A stretch of DNA of 61,411 bases, filler included, from Chiloscyllium plagiosum (Eukaryota), in NCBI RefSeq assembly GCF_004010195.1. It is 4 parts of one record of this genome, joined end to end, with 100 filler letters (N's around TTAATTAATTAA, not from the genome) between each part and the next. Parts side by side here need not be neighbours in the genome. Positions count along the whole stretch, not along the records: positions 1 to 19,231 come from NC_057711.1; 3 more parts are not named here. One strand, written 5' to 3'. Every line of letters begins with the position of its first letter. Position 1 is the first letter of the stretch. Under the pieces are notes generated by a model that searched no databases, had not been told where the DNA came from, and worked only from the letters and a program-made list of their open reading frames with translations. The position numbers and the translations under genes were made by a program. Shown piece after piece: positions 1 through 12,223 of the stretch.

Positions 1-122
1 CTGATTTCCCTCTTAAGTATACTCCTACTGCCTTTACATTCTTCTAAGGATTCACTCGATCTATCCAGTCTATACCTGACATATGCTTCCTTCTTTTTCT
101 TAACCAAACCCTCAATTTCTTT

Positions 123-2208
123 CGGATACAAATGCTACAGGAAGGATAGAAAGGGGGGCAAGAGAGGAGGGGGAGTGGCATTTTTGATAAGGGATAGCAT
201 TACAGCTGTGCTGAGGGAGGATATTCCCGGAAATACATCCAGGGAAGTTATTTGGGTGGAACTGAGAAATAAGAAAGGGATGATCACCTTATTGGGATTG
301 TATTATAGACCCCCTAATAGTCAGAGGGAAATTGAGAAACAAACTTGTAAGGAGATCTCAGCTATCTGTAAGAATAATAGGGTAGTTACGGTAGGGGATT
401 TTAACTTTCCAAACATCGACTGGGACTGCCATTGTGTTAAAGGTTTAGGTGGAGAGGAATATCTTAAGTGTGTACAAGACAATTTTCTGATTCAGTATGT
501 GGATGTACTGACTAGAGAAGGTGCAAATCTTGACCTACTCTTGGGAAATAAGGCAGGGCAGGTGACTGAGGTGTCAGTGGGGGAGCACTTTGGGGCCAGT
601 GACCATAATTCTATTTGTTTTAAAATAGTGATGGAAAAGGATAGACCCGATCTAAAAGTTGAAGTCCTAAATTGGAGAAAGGCCAATTTTTATGGTATTA
701 GGCAAGAACTTTCGAAAGCTGATTGCTGGCCTCTTGCTCAGTTATTTGTATCATCGATAGTCACAGGTGAGATGCTGGAAGACTGGAGGTTGGCAAACGT
801 GGTGCCACTGTTTAAGAAGGGCGGTAAAGACAAGCCAGTGAACTATAGACCGGTGAGCCTGACCTTGGTGGTGGGCAACTTGTTGGAGGGAATCCAGAGG
901 GACAGGATGTACATGTATTTGGAAAGGCAAGGACTGATTAGGGATAGTCAACATGGCTTTTGTGCGTGGGAAATCAAGTCTCACAAACTTGATTGAGTTT
1001 TTTGAAGAAGTAACAAAGAAGATTAATGAGGGCAGAGCAGTAGATGTGATCTTTGGACTTCAGTAAGGCATTTGACAAGGTTCCCCATGGGAGACTGATT
1101 AGCAAGGTTAGATCTCATGGAATACAGAGAGAACTAGCCATTTGGATACAGAACTGGCTCAAAGATAGAAGACAGAGGTAGAGGGTTGTTTTTCAGACTG
1201 GAGGCCTGTGACCAGTGGAGTGCCACAAGGATCGGTGCTGGGTCCTCTACTTTTTGTCATTTACATAAATGATTTGGATGTGAGCATAAGAGATACAGTT
1301 AGTAAGTTTGCAGGTGACAACAAAATTGGAGGTGTAGTGGACAGCGAAGAGGGTTACCTCAGATTACAACAGGATCTGGACCAGATGGGCCAATGGGCTG
1401 AGAAGTGGCAGATGGAGTTTAATTCAGATAAATGCGAGATGCTGCATTTTGGGAAAGCAAATCTTAGCAGGACTTATACACTTAATGGTAAGGACATAGG
1501 GAGTGTTGCTGAACAAAGAGACCTTGGAGTGCAGGTTCATAGCTCCTTGAAAGTGGAGTCGCAGGGAGATAGTGAAGAAGGCGTTTGGTATGCTTTCCAT
1601 TATTGGTCAGAGTGTTGAGTACAGGAGTTGGAAGGTCATGCTGCGGCTGTACAGGACATTGGTCAGGCCACTTTTGGAATATTGCGTGCAATTCTGGTCT
1701 CCTTCCTACCGGAAAGATGTTGTGAAACTTGAAAGGGTTAAGAAAAGATTACAAGGATTGGAGGATCTGAGCTACAGGGAGAGGCTGAACAGGCTGGGGC
1801 TGTTTTCCCTGGAGCGTCGGAGGCTGAGGGGGTGACATAATAGAGGTTTACAAAATTATGAGGGGCATGGATAGGATAAATAGACAAAGTCTTTTCTGTG
1901 GGATTGGGGAGTCCAGAACTAGACGGCATTGGTTTCGGGTGAGAGGGGAAAGATATAAAAGAGACCTAAGGGGCAACCTTTTCACGCAGAGGGTGGTTCG
2001 TGTATGGAATGAGCTGCCAGAGGAAATGGTGGAGGCTGGTACAATTACAACATTTAAGAGGCATTTGGATGGGTATATGAATAGGAAGGGTTTGGAGGGA
2101 TATGGGCCGGGTGCTGGCAGGTGGGACTAGATTGGGTTGGGATATCTGGTCGGCATAGACGGGTTGGACCGAAGGGTCTGTTTCCATGCTGTACATCTCT
2201 ATGACTCT
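123..2208 (+). mobile_element. CR1 LINE ORF2 remnant (AP endonuclease plus reverse transcriptase, internal deletion near 724) with 3' UTR
   Basis: Motifs [55 protein letters not shown]. Frameshifted. CTATGACT tail. Confidence 0.92.
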
Positions 2209-2448
2209 AAGCTTCCCAAATAAAGGCAAGATGCCAGAAATACTTAGCCCACCTCAAAGACAACTGCCAGGAACAAATTTTCTTCAGAAGCATACTGTTT
2301 TCTCTCATTGCCACTCAAGTAACTCAATGGAGGCTGGTATTCTGTCACTAAGTCACCCTTTACTTACCCATGCACAGAACATGGACTCTGATGAGCTAAC
2401 TCAGAGCCTTTCCTTGGAATGAAGACAATCCCTGAGACTTCTGTTTAT

Positions 2449-2733
2449 TTTTTTTTTCCTGTGTATATTTTATTTTATTAAACAAATTACAAAACAGTTT
2501 ACAAAAAAAACATTGACAGCTGTACACAAAAGACAGCAGTTTTACAAGGGAGGGGAGCAGCAAAGCTAGGCCCCGAACCCTACCGTTCAACCATTTTACA
2601 GGGAGAGGAGGACAAACCTCAAATCCCAGTTCCACGTGTGACAAGACAGTGACAATGACATTTATACATTAGACAATACCGTTACATACAAAAGTGCAGA
2701 CAATACAGACCCAGCAAGCCCCCGCCCCTCCCA
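2449..2733 (-). mobile_element. 5'-truncated poly(A)-tailed retro-insertion (L1-like 3' end or processed transcript end)
   Basis: 18-bp direct repeat CCTGAGACTTCTGTTTAT at 2431-2448 and 2734-2751. Poly(T) at the left edge, with TTTATT (AATAAA on the - strand) about 15-25 nt inside. Confidence 0.75.
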
Positions 2734-3355
2734 CCTGAGACTTCTGTTTATGTCTGTCAGCCAGGACTCCCTAATTGGCTCAGGTTAATAGCCCTAATCA
2801 GGGAACTCATACTAAATTAGATCCACCTGATCAACCTTGTTCCAATCACTGCACTCACATTTATCGGTGTCTAAGTCTGCTTTCTTTTTGCTATAGTAGA
2901 GTGAGATAAGTATCAGCTTCAACAGCCAACTCCAACTCCCAGCTGAAAGTAAAACTAAGACCTCAGATTGTGTGAGCCTGATTCTACCCATTTATGCTTT
3001 TTCTGTCTAATTTTAAGACACTGAGCTCAAAATTGTGCCACTGTCTCTCTGCAAGAGAAATAGCACAGAACATGTCTGTCTTAACAGTATAGTTCCATCA
3101 GAAGAGCAAATGAGAAGGTGGAGTCACGAGGTACCTATTCTGACCTTATTTTTATGAACTTCCGATATCTAATTTCTTCACAGTGGGTTGTAGGATAGGA
3201 TGCTGCATTATCAAAAAACATGTCCAGTTAATTAAGCTGACAATCCCATTTCATCGGCATTTCTTAACTGTCTGGAACTCTGTTGGAAAATGCAGTCAGT
3301 TACAATCGGCTTTTGCCCAACCTCTCTTGTGATTGTCTGATATTTGTCACCATTA

Positions 3356-3552
3356 GGTGCCGGAGGAAGTGGTGGAGGTTAGTACAATGACAACATTTAA
3401 AAGGCATCTGGATGGGTATATGAATAGGAAGGGTTTGGAGGGAGATTGGCGAAGTCGTGACAAATGGGGCTCAATTAATTCAGGATATCCGGTCGGCATC
3501 GACGAGTTGGACTGAAGGGTCTGTTTCCATTCTGTACATCTCTATGACTCTA
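3356..3552 (+). mobile_element. CR1 3' end fragment
   Basis: Closely similar to 2010-2208 (PEEVVE..TFKRHLDGYMNRKGLEG plus the same tail). Confidence 0.85.
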
Positions 3553-3714
3553 AAATAAATTAGCTAAAGTGAAGAAGAAACCTGAATTGTAAAGTGAGAA
3601 CTCTATAACCCGGTTTTACATTTCTAATTCCCCAGTTTGTTCACAGTTCTATTTGACTTCTCCCATAGTCAGTGTGAGGAGTTCCAGTTGGAGGCTGCAG
3701 TTCCTCCTCCAAGG

Positions 3715-3849
3715 CTGGAGGGGGCGGTGGTTTGCCGCGGTCCCTCTTGTCTCCTGGAGTGCACTTGTTAGCGCTGAACCTTGACCTGTGGAGCTCGGCG
3801 CGCGGTGAAGAGCCGGAGCGTGAACCCGAGCAAGTGAGAAAATACCCCC
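3715..3849 (+). promoter_or_regulatory. NUP155: CpG-rich promoter region and probable non-coding first exon of NUP155, ending at a donor CAA|GTGAGA (exon end 3833)
   Basis: Local CpG cluster (gccgcgg, ctcggcgcgcgg, gccggagcg) in CpG-poor surroundings. GT donor at 3834. The downstream ATG is directly preceded by a pyrimidine-rich tract and CAG acceptor. Partly hidden by the N-gap from 3850. Confidence 0.5.
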
Positions 3850-4244
3850 NNNNNNNNNNNNNNNNNNNNNNNNNNNNNNNNNNNNNNNNNNNNNNNNNNN
3901 NNNNNNNNNNNNNNNNNNNNNNNNNNNNNNNNNNNNNNNNNNNNNNNNNNNNNNNNNNNNNNNNNNNNNNNNNNNNNNNNNNNNNNNNNNNNNNNNNNNN
4001 NNNNNNNNNNNNNNNNNNNNNNNNNNNNNNNNNNNNNNNNNNNNNNNNNNNNNNNNNNNNNNNNNNNNNNNNNNNNNNNNNNNNNNNNNNNNNNNNNNNN
4101 NNNNNNNNNNNNNNNNNNNNNNNNNNCTGTATTCACTTCTTTCTCCTCTCTCCATTCTTTGCTCGACTAAATGCTCCTGCTTCCTCCCCTCCTGCGTCTG
4201 TGTCTGATAATGTTTGTTAGTTTGAGTCTCTGTTTTGTTGCAGG

Positions 4245-4386
4245 ATGCCGCCTGTGATCTGCCCCAACAGCCCTGGGACAACGACAATCGATTCACTGGA
4301 GAATGCGGGCAGATTGATCGACAAACACTTGTTGGATGATCGCCTCTACCCGGATCTGGCCGAGCTGCTCAATGTCCCCAGTTTCA
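4245..4386 (+). CDS. NUP155: Nuclear pore complex protein Nup155, coding exon 1 ([47 protein letters not shown])
   Basis: Manual translation matches the vertebrate Nup155 N-terminus (LENAGRLID...YPDL.ELL). Acceptor ttgcag|G at 4243, ATG at 4245, phase-1 donor GTGAGT at 4387. Confidence 0.93.
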
Positions 4387-4850
4387 GTGAGTTCTGCTTT
4401 TATCTCGCCCCAGGGTCAGGGTGATGGTGTCTCTTGTTACTGGAATCAGCTGTAAGCCCATTATACGCAGTAGCAGAATTAACCCATCAAACCTGCAGCA
4501 CCATTCTGAGAGTTCATGGCTGATCTAATAATGCTCAACTACGCTTTGCTGCCTTTTCCACAAAACCATTTGTTCCCTTGCAGATTAAAAATCTGTCTGT
4601 TATCTTAACCAAATCTCAACAGCTGCATGCTCTCTTGTATTCTTTTCTTCTGCATGGATGTCCTCAATCCGTCTGCAGCTGCGGCTTCCAGAATGATGCG
4701 TTCGTGCATTGAAAGGTGCAGATGAAACCTTGGCTACTTTCACTTCCTTCTGGGTGATGAAGTTTTACCTCGCCTAAGTCCTAAATGTTTGCCATATTGT
4801 GGGCTTCACTGTCATCAGAGACATAGAATCTTGTCATGTGCAGATTAAGT

Positions 4851-4980
4851 AGGAGAAAGTGAGGACTGCAGATGCTGGAGTACCAGAGTTGAAATATGTG
4901 GTGCTGGAAAAACACAGCAGGCCAGGCAGCATCCGAGGAGCAGGAGAATCGATGTTTCGGGCATAAGCTCTTTTTCAGGA
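4851..4980 (-). mobile_element. PLE terminal fragment with decayed hammerhead core
   Basis: Starts AGGAGAAAGTGAGGACTGCAGATGCTGG like the other copies. Imperfect duplication ATGTGCAGATTAAG (4836) / ATGGGCAGGTTAAG (4981). Confidence 0.75.
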
Positions 4981-5595
4981 ATGGGCAGGTTAAGACCATT
5001 CAGCCCATTGAGTCTGCATCAATCCTCCGAAGAGCATCCCACCCAGACCCGCCACTATCCATGCAGCCCCAAATTGACATGGCTAATCCATCTAGCCTGC
5101 ACCGCTCCCGATGCTGCATCCCCAATCCAAAGAAACCAAATTTACAGCCCAGGAACAGGCCCTTTGGCCCTCCAAGCCTGAGCTGATCCAATCTACTGTC
5201 TAAACCTATCGCTCAATTCCTAAGCATCTACGTTCCTCTGCTCCCCACCTACTCCTGCATCTGTCCAGATGCATCTTAAATGTATCTACTATGCCTGCCT
5301 CAACCACCTCTGCTGGCAACGCGTTCCAGACACCCACCACCCTCTGTGTAAAGTACTTACCAAGTGTATCCCCCTTAAACTTTCCACCTCTCACCTTGAA
5401 AACGTGACCTCTCGTTATTGAATCCTTCACCCTGGGAAAAAGCTTGTCTCTATCCACCCTGTCTATACCCTTCATGATTTTGTAAACCTTAATCAGGTCC
5501 ACCCCCCCATCTCCTTTTTTCTCGTGAAACCAAACTAAACCTATTAAACCTCTCTTCATAGCTAGCACCTTCCATACCAGGCAACATCCTCATAA

Positions 5596-5724
5596 TTCCT
5601 GAAGAAGGGCTTCTGCCCGAAACGTCGATTCTCCTGTTCCCTGGATGCTGCCTGACCTGCTGCGCTTTTCCAGCAACACATTTTCAGCTCTGATCTCCAG
5701 CATCTGCAGACCTCACTTTCTCCT
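5596..5724 (+). mobile_element. 129-nt PLE-terminus insert with intact minimal hammerhead core (5599-5626)
   Basis: Core CTGAAGA-A-GGGC-TTCT-GCCC-GAAA-CGTC. Perfect 14-bp flanking duplication CAACATCCTCATAA (5582-5595, 5725-5738). Confidence 0.85.
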
Positions 5725-5895
5725 CAACATCCTCATAAACCTTCTCTGCACCCTCTCCAAAGCGTCCACATCCTTTTGGTAATGTGGCAACCAGAACTGT
5801 ACACAGTATTCTAAATGCAGCCGAACCAATGTCTTGTACAATTTTAACATGACCTGCCAGCTCTTTTACTCAATACCCCATCCATTGAAGGCAAG

Positions 5896-8800
5896 GGGGT
5901 AATTGAGAGAAGTTACCGGCAGTTGGTCACTCCTGAGGCTCAGGGTAAGGACAGATGGGTTACAGTCAGGGGGAGGAAAGGGGACAGACAGACAGTGTAG
6001 AGATCCCCTGTGGACATTCCCCTCAGCAATAAGTATTTCGTTTTGGATACTGCTGGGGGGGATGACTTACCAGAGGAAAGCCATACCAGTCAGTTCTCTG
6101 GCACTGAGCCTGACACTGTGGCCCAGAAAGGAAGGGGACAGAATAGAAAAGCGCCAGTGGTAGGAGACTCGATTGTTAGGAGAATTGACAGGAGATTCTG
6201 TGGTCAGGATCGGGATTCCTTAAAGGTATGTTGCCTCCCTGGTGCCAGGGTCTGGGACGTCTCCAATCGAGTGTATAAGATTCTGAAAGGGGAGGGAGAA
6301 CAGTCAGAAATCGTGTTACATATTGGCAATAATGATATAGCCAGGAAAAGGATTGAGGATATAAAAAGTGATTTCAGGGAGTTAGGGTGGAAGCTGCAGA
6401 GCAGGACGAACAGAGTAGTGTTCTCTAGTTTACTACCGGTGCCACGAGATAGCGAGGCAAGGAACAGGGGGCGGGCGCAGCTTAACACGTGGCTGCGCAG
6501 CTGGTGTAGGAGGGAGGGCTTCAGATATGTAGATAATTGGGATGCCTTCTGGGGAAGGTGGGACCTGTACAAGAAGGACGGGGTGCATCTGAACTGGAAG
6601 GGGACCAATGTCCTGGGTGGAAGGTTTGCTTGAGTGGTTCAGGAGGGTTTAAACTAGTATGGCAGGGGGGTGGGAACCTGAGCTGTATACAGGTGGTGAG
6701 AGTTGATGCAGATGAGGCAATAGCAAGAGGTAGACCAGCTAGTGGGAAGGAATTTCCTGGGAAAGAACCAAGGGATCGGTTAAAGTGTGTTTGCTTTAAC
6801 GCAAGGAGTATCAGAAATAAAAGCGATGAGCTTAGAGCATGGATCAGTACTTGGTGCTATGATGTTGTGGCCATAACAGAGACGTGGGTTTCTCAGGGGC
6901 AGGAATGGTTGCTGGATGTTCCAGGGTTGAGAACATTTAAAAAGAATAGGGAGGGGGGAAAAGAGGAGGGGTTGTAGCACTGCTGATCAGAGAGGGTATC
7001 ACAGCTACAGAAGTTACTGTTGTTGAGGAGGGTCTGCCTACCGAGTCAGTACGGGTGGAAATTAGGAACAGCAAGGGAGCAGTCACCTCGTTAGGAGTTT
7101 ACGACAGGCCCCCCCAATAGCAGCAGGGAGATGGAAGAAAGCATAGGTCGGCAGTTTTTGGAAAAGTGTGAATGTAGTAGGGTTGTTGTAATGGATGATT
7201 TTAACTTTCCCAATATTGATTGGAACCTCCTTCGAGCAGATGGTTTGGAAGGAGCTGTTTTTGTAAGGTGTGTTCAGGAGGGTTTCCTCACTCAGTACGT
7301 TGACAGGCCAACGAGGGGAGAGGCCATTCTAGACTTGGTGTTCGGAAATGAGCCGGGGCAGGTATCAGATCTTGTGGTGGGAGAGCATTTTGGTGATAGT
7401 GACCACAACCGCCTCACATTCTACATAGCTATGGAGAAGGAGAGAAGCAGGCACAATGGGAGGTTATTTAATTGGGGAAAAGGAAACTATGATGCTATCA
7501 GATGGGAGTTGGGAAGCATGGACTGGGAGCAATTGTTCCATGGTAAAGGCACTATAGACATGTGGAGACTTTTTAAGGAACAATTGTTGCGAGTGATGCA
7601 TAAATGTGTTCCTCTGAGACAGGCAAGAAGGGGTAAGATANNNNNNNNNNNNNNNNNNNNNNNNNNNNNNNNNNNNNNNNNNNNNNNNNNNNNNNNNNNN
7701 NNNNNNNNNNNNNNNNNNNNNNNNNNNNNNNNNNNNNNNNNNNNNNNNNNNNNNNNNNNNNNNNNNNNNNNNNNNNNNNNNNNNNNNNNNNNNNNNNNNN
7801 NNNNNNNNNNNNNNNNNNNNNNNNNNNNNNNNNNNNNNNNNNNNNNNNNNNNNNNNNNNNNNNNNNNNNNNNNNNNNNNNNNNNNNNNNNNNNNNNNNNN
7901 NNNNNNNNNNNNNNNNNNNNNNNNNNNNNNNNNNNNNNNNNNNNNNNNNNNNNNNNNNNNNNNNNNNNNNNNNNNNNNNNNNNNNNNNNNNNNNNNNNNN
8001 NNNNNNNNNNNNNNNNNNNNNNNNNNNNNNNNNNNNNNNNNNNNNNNNNNNNNNNNNNNNNNNNNNNNNNNNNNNNNNNNNNNNNNNNNNNNNNNNNNNN
8101 NNNNNNNNNNNNNNNNNNNNNNNNNNNNNNNNNNNNNNNNNNNNNNNNNCATGGCTTGATTAAATGCAGTCAGCATGGCTTTGTGAGGGGCAGGTCATGC
8201 CTCACAAATCTTATTGAGTTCTTTGAGGATGTTACTAGACAAATTGATGAGGGTCGAGCGGTGGATGTGGTGTATATAGACTTCAGTAAGGCATTTGATA
8301 AGGTTCCCCATGGTAGGCTTATCAAAAGGTCAGGAGGAATGGGATACAGGGAAATTTAGCTGTCTGGATACAGAATTGGCTGGTCGACAGAAGACAGTGA
8401 GTGGTAGTGGAAGGAAAGTATTCTGCCTGGAAGTCAGTGGCGAGTGGTGTTCCACAGGGCTCTGTTCTTGGGCCTCTACCCTTTGTAATTTTTATTAATG
8501 ACTTGGATGAGGAGATTGAAGGATGGGTTAGCAAGTTTGCAGACGACACAAAGGTTGACAGTATAGAGGACTGTTGTAGGCTGCAGCGTAACATTGACAG
8601 GATGCAGAGATGGGCTGGGAGGTGGCAGATGGAGATCAACCTGGATAAATGTGAAGTGATGCATTTTGGAAGATTGAACTTGAAAGTTGAATACATGATT
8701 AAAGACAGGATTCTTGGCAGAGTGGAGGAACAGAGGGATCTTGGTGTGCAAGTATATAGATCCCTTAAAATTGCCACCCAAGTGGACAGGGTTGTTAAGG

Positions 8801-9410
8801 AAGCATATGGTGTTTTGGCTTTCATCAACAGGGGTATTGAGTTTTAGAGTCGTGAGATCTTGTTGCAGCTCTATAAAATTTTGATTAGACCGCACTTGGA
8901 ATACTGCGTCCAGTTCTGGTCGCCCAATAATAGGAAAGATGTGGATGCTTTGGAGAGGGTTCAGAGGAGGTTTACCAGGATGCTGCCTGGAATGGAGGGC
9001 TTATCTTACGAAGAGAGGTTGACTGAGCTCGGACTTTTATCATTGGAGAAAAGGAGGAGAAGAGGGGACCTAATTGAGGTATACAAGGTAATGAGAGGCA
9101 TAGATCGAGTTGATAGCCAGAGACGATTTCCCAGGGCAGAAATTGTTAACCAGAGGGGTCATAGTTTTAAGCGGAAAGTACAGCGGGGATGTCAGAGGCG
9201 GGTTCTTTACGCAGAGAGTTGTAAGAGCATGGAATGTGTTGCCAGCAGCAGTTGTGGGGGCGAGGTCATTGGGGATATTTAAGAGACTCCTGGACATGCA
9301 TATGGTCACAGAAATTTGAGGGTGAATACATGAGGATCAGTGGTCAGCACAACATCATGGGCTGAAGGGCCTGTTCTGTGCTGTTCTCTGGCTGTACTGT
9401 TCTATGTTCT
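5896..9410 (+). mobile_element. CR1 LINE with ORF1 SGNH/GDSL esterase domain and disrupted ORF2, nested in the - strand CR1
   Basis: ORF 6010-6633 has VVGDSIVR, LHIGNND and DGVHLN (SGNH blocks). ORF2 motifs run from 6780 to 9319. TGTTCTA-type tail at ~9395-9410. Confidence 0.92.
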
Positions 9411-9755
9411 GTATGCCTTCTTGACCACTCTATCGACCTGTGCAGCCACCTTCTGGGTACAATGGACCTGGACTCCCAGATCTCTCTGCTCATCAACTTT
9501 TTCCAAGGCTCTTCCGTTCATGGTGTAATTTGCTCTAGGATTAGACTTCCCAAAATGCATCACCTCACATTTGCCCGGATTGAACTCCATCTGCCACTTT
9601 TCCGCCCAACTTTCCAGTCTATCTATATCCTCCTGTATTTTTTGACAGTCCCTTATACTTTCTGCAACTCCACCAACCTTCATGTCCTCAGCAAACTTGC
9701 TGATCATACCAACAGTGCCCTCTCCCAGATCATTTATGTATATCACAAACAACAG

Positions 9756-10053
9756 TGGCCCCAACACTGACCCCTGTGGAACACCACTGGTCACCTTTCT
9801 CCATTTCGAGATACTCCCTTCAACTACTACTGTCTGTCTCCTGTTGCTCATCCAGATCTTTATCCACCTAGCTAGAACACCCTGCACACCATGTGACTTC
9901 ACTTTGGCCCCAACACTGACCCCTGTGGAACACCACTGGTCACCTTTCTTCATTTCGAGAAAGTCCCTTCAACTACTACTGTCTGCCTCCTGTTGCTCAT
10001 CCAGATCTTTATCCACCTAGCTAGAACACCCTGCACACCATGTGACTTCACTT
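9756..10053. repeat. 149-bp tandem duplication within CR1 RT region
   Basis: TGGCCCCAACACTGACCCC...GTGACTTCACTT at 9756-9904 and again at 9905-10053 with few mismatches. Confidence 0.9.
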
Positions 10054-12013
10054 GCTCCATTAGTTTACCATGGGGAACCTTATCAAACACCTTACTGAAG
10101 TCCATGTGTATGACATCAACAGCCCTTCCTTCATTTCTCAACTTGGTCACTTCATCAAATAACTCTATTAAGTTGGTAAGGCACGATCTCTCCCACGCCC
10201 CCCCTGCACAAAACCATGGTGCCTATCACTGATAAGCCCATTATTTTCTAAGTATAAATAGATCCTATCCCTCTGTACCTTCTCCAGCAACTTTCCTTCC
10301 ACCGATATCAGACTTACTGGTCTGTAGTTACCCGGAATATCCCTACTGCCCTTCTTGCACAGGGGGACAACATGAGCAACCCTCCAGTCCTCCAGCACCT
10401 CACCTTTGTTTAAGGATGCCACAAAGGTATCTATCAGGCCCCAGCTATTTCCTCTCCCGTCTCCCTCAGCAACCTGGGATAGATTCCATCTGGTCCTGGG
10501 GATTTGTCCACCTTAATAACCTCTAGCCTACCCAACACATCTTCCCTACTTATGTCAACGTGATCCAGACTAATCAAACTTCTATCTCTAATCTCAACAT
10601 TCATCATGTCCCTCTCCTCAAACACTGATGCAAAGTAATCATTCAGAATCTCACCCATTTTCTCAGGTTCGACACACAGCTTTCCTTCCTTATCCTTTAG
10701 TGGACCAACCTTTTCTCTAGTTACCCCCTTGCTTCTTATATAAGAATAAAATGCTTTGGGATTCTCCTTAATTCTGCTCGCTAAAGCTATTTCATGACCC
10801 CTTTTAGTCCACTTGATTCCTCGTTTAAGACTGGTCCGACTCTTCCGATATTCCTCCAGGGCCCATTCTGTTCTTAGCTTATGTATGCTTCCCTTTTCCT
10901 CTTGGCTTGTTGTACGATTTCTCCTGTCATCCACGGTTCATGAATCTTGCCTTTCCTATCCTTTGCCTTCAATGGGACATGCCTATCCTGCACTATTTTT
11001 TTCCTATCTTTGAAAGTGTCCCACATATCAAATGTGGACTTCCCTTCAAATAGCTGTGTCCAATCCACATTTCCCAGCTCCTGCCTCATTTTGATATAAT
11101 TGGCTTTGGCCCAGTTTAGTACTCCTTCCTTAGGACCACTCTCATCTTTGTCTACGAGTATTCTAAAACTTACAGAATTGTGGTCACTGTTCCCAAAAAA
11201 ATCCCCCACCACAACCTCTACCACCTGGCCCGGCTCATTCCCCAACACCAGGTCCAATATGGCCCCTTCCCTCGTCGGGCGATTGATATGCTGCTCCAGT
11301 AAACTCTCCTGGACGCTTCTTACAAATTCTGCCCCATCCAGACCTCTGATGCTAAGTATATCCCAGTCAATGTTGGGAAAATTAAAATCTCCCATCACCA
11401 CTACCCTGTTACCTCTACAACTTTCCATAATCTGCTTACATATTTGTTTTTCTATCTCATGTTCACTGTTGGGAGGCATATAATACAGCCCCAACAATGT
11501 AGCTGCACCCTTCTTATTTCTCAGCTAACCCATAATGCCTCACTACCCAAGCCCTCCATAATGTCCTCCTTTAGCACAGCCGTGATATCATCCCTGATCA
11601 GCAATACAACCTTCCTGCTTTTACTTGTCTCCCTGTCCTGAATTGAAGCATCTATATCCTGGAACATTTAGTTGCCAATCATGCCCTTCCTTCAACCAAG
11701 TCTCTGTGATTGCAATAACGTCATACTCCCAGGCACCAATCCAAGCCCTAAGTTCATCTGCCTTACCCACTTTGCTCCTTGCATTAAAGTAGATGCACTT
11801 CAAGCCAACAGTTCTTTTGTATTCATCCTCTCTCTGCCTACTCTTCCCCTTATTAATGCTAATTTCATGATTCTTAGAGTCTCTAGTTTCCACCTCGCTG
11901 TCTACTTGTCTTCTCTTCTGGTTCCCAGTCCCCTGCCACATTAGTTTAAAACCTCCCCAACAGCAATAGCAAAATCTCCCCAAAGGACATTGGTTCCGAT
12001 CTGGTTCGGGTGT

Positions 12014-12223
12014 AGGAGAAAGTGAGGACTGCAGATGCTGGAGATCAGAGCTGAAAATGTATTGCTGGAAAAGCGCAGCAGGTCAGGCAGCATCCAAGGA
12101 GCAGGAGAATCAACGTTTCGGGCATGAGATTTCCTGAAGAAGGGCTCATGCCCGAAACGTCGATTCTCCTGCTCCTTGGATGCTGTCTGACCTGCTGCGC
12201 TTTTCCAGCAACACATTTTCAGT
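12014..12223. mobile_element. ~210-nt palindromic PLE-derived element with hammerhead core on + strand (12134-12161)
   Basis: About 80-bp inverted arms. Core CTGAAGAAGGGCTCATGCCCGAAACGTC. Flanking duplication TCTGGTTCGGGTGT / TCTGGTTCAGATGT. Confidence 0.85.

Noticed and set aside
1..3700. Divergently transcribed neighbour gene sharing the promoter
   Set aside because: No recognisable exon on the - strand. The region is mostly CR1 and other repeats.
3649..4296. Long ORFs in the track (215, 162, 122 aa; also 7487-8176 and most of 21505-22344)
   Set aside because: Their length comes from N runs, not real coding sequence.
4700..4800. Possible intronic C/D box snoRNA (ATGATG / GTGATGA motifs)
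   Set aside because: No suitably placed D box (CTGA) or terminal stem was found.
6010..6633. SGNH hydrolase ORF as a host esterase gene
   Set aside because: It lies directly upstream of CR1 ORF2 and recurs in other CR1 copies. It is the known CR1 ORF1 esterase domain.
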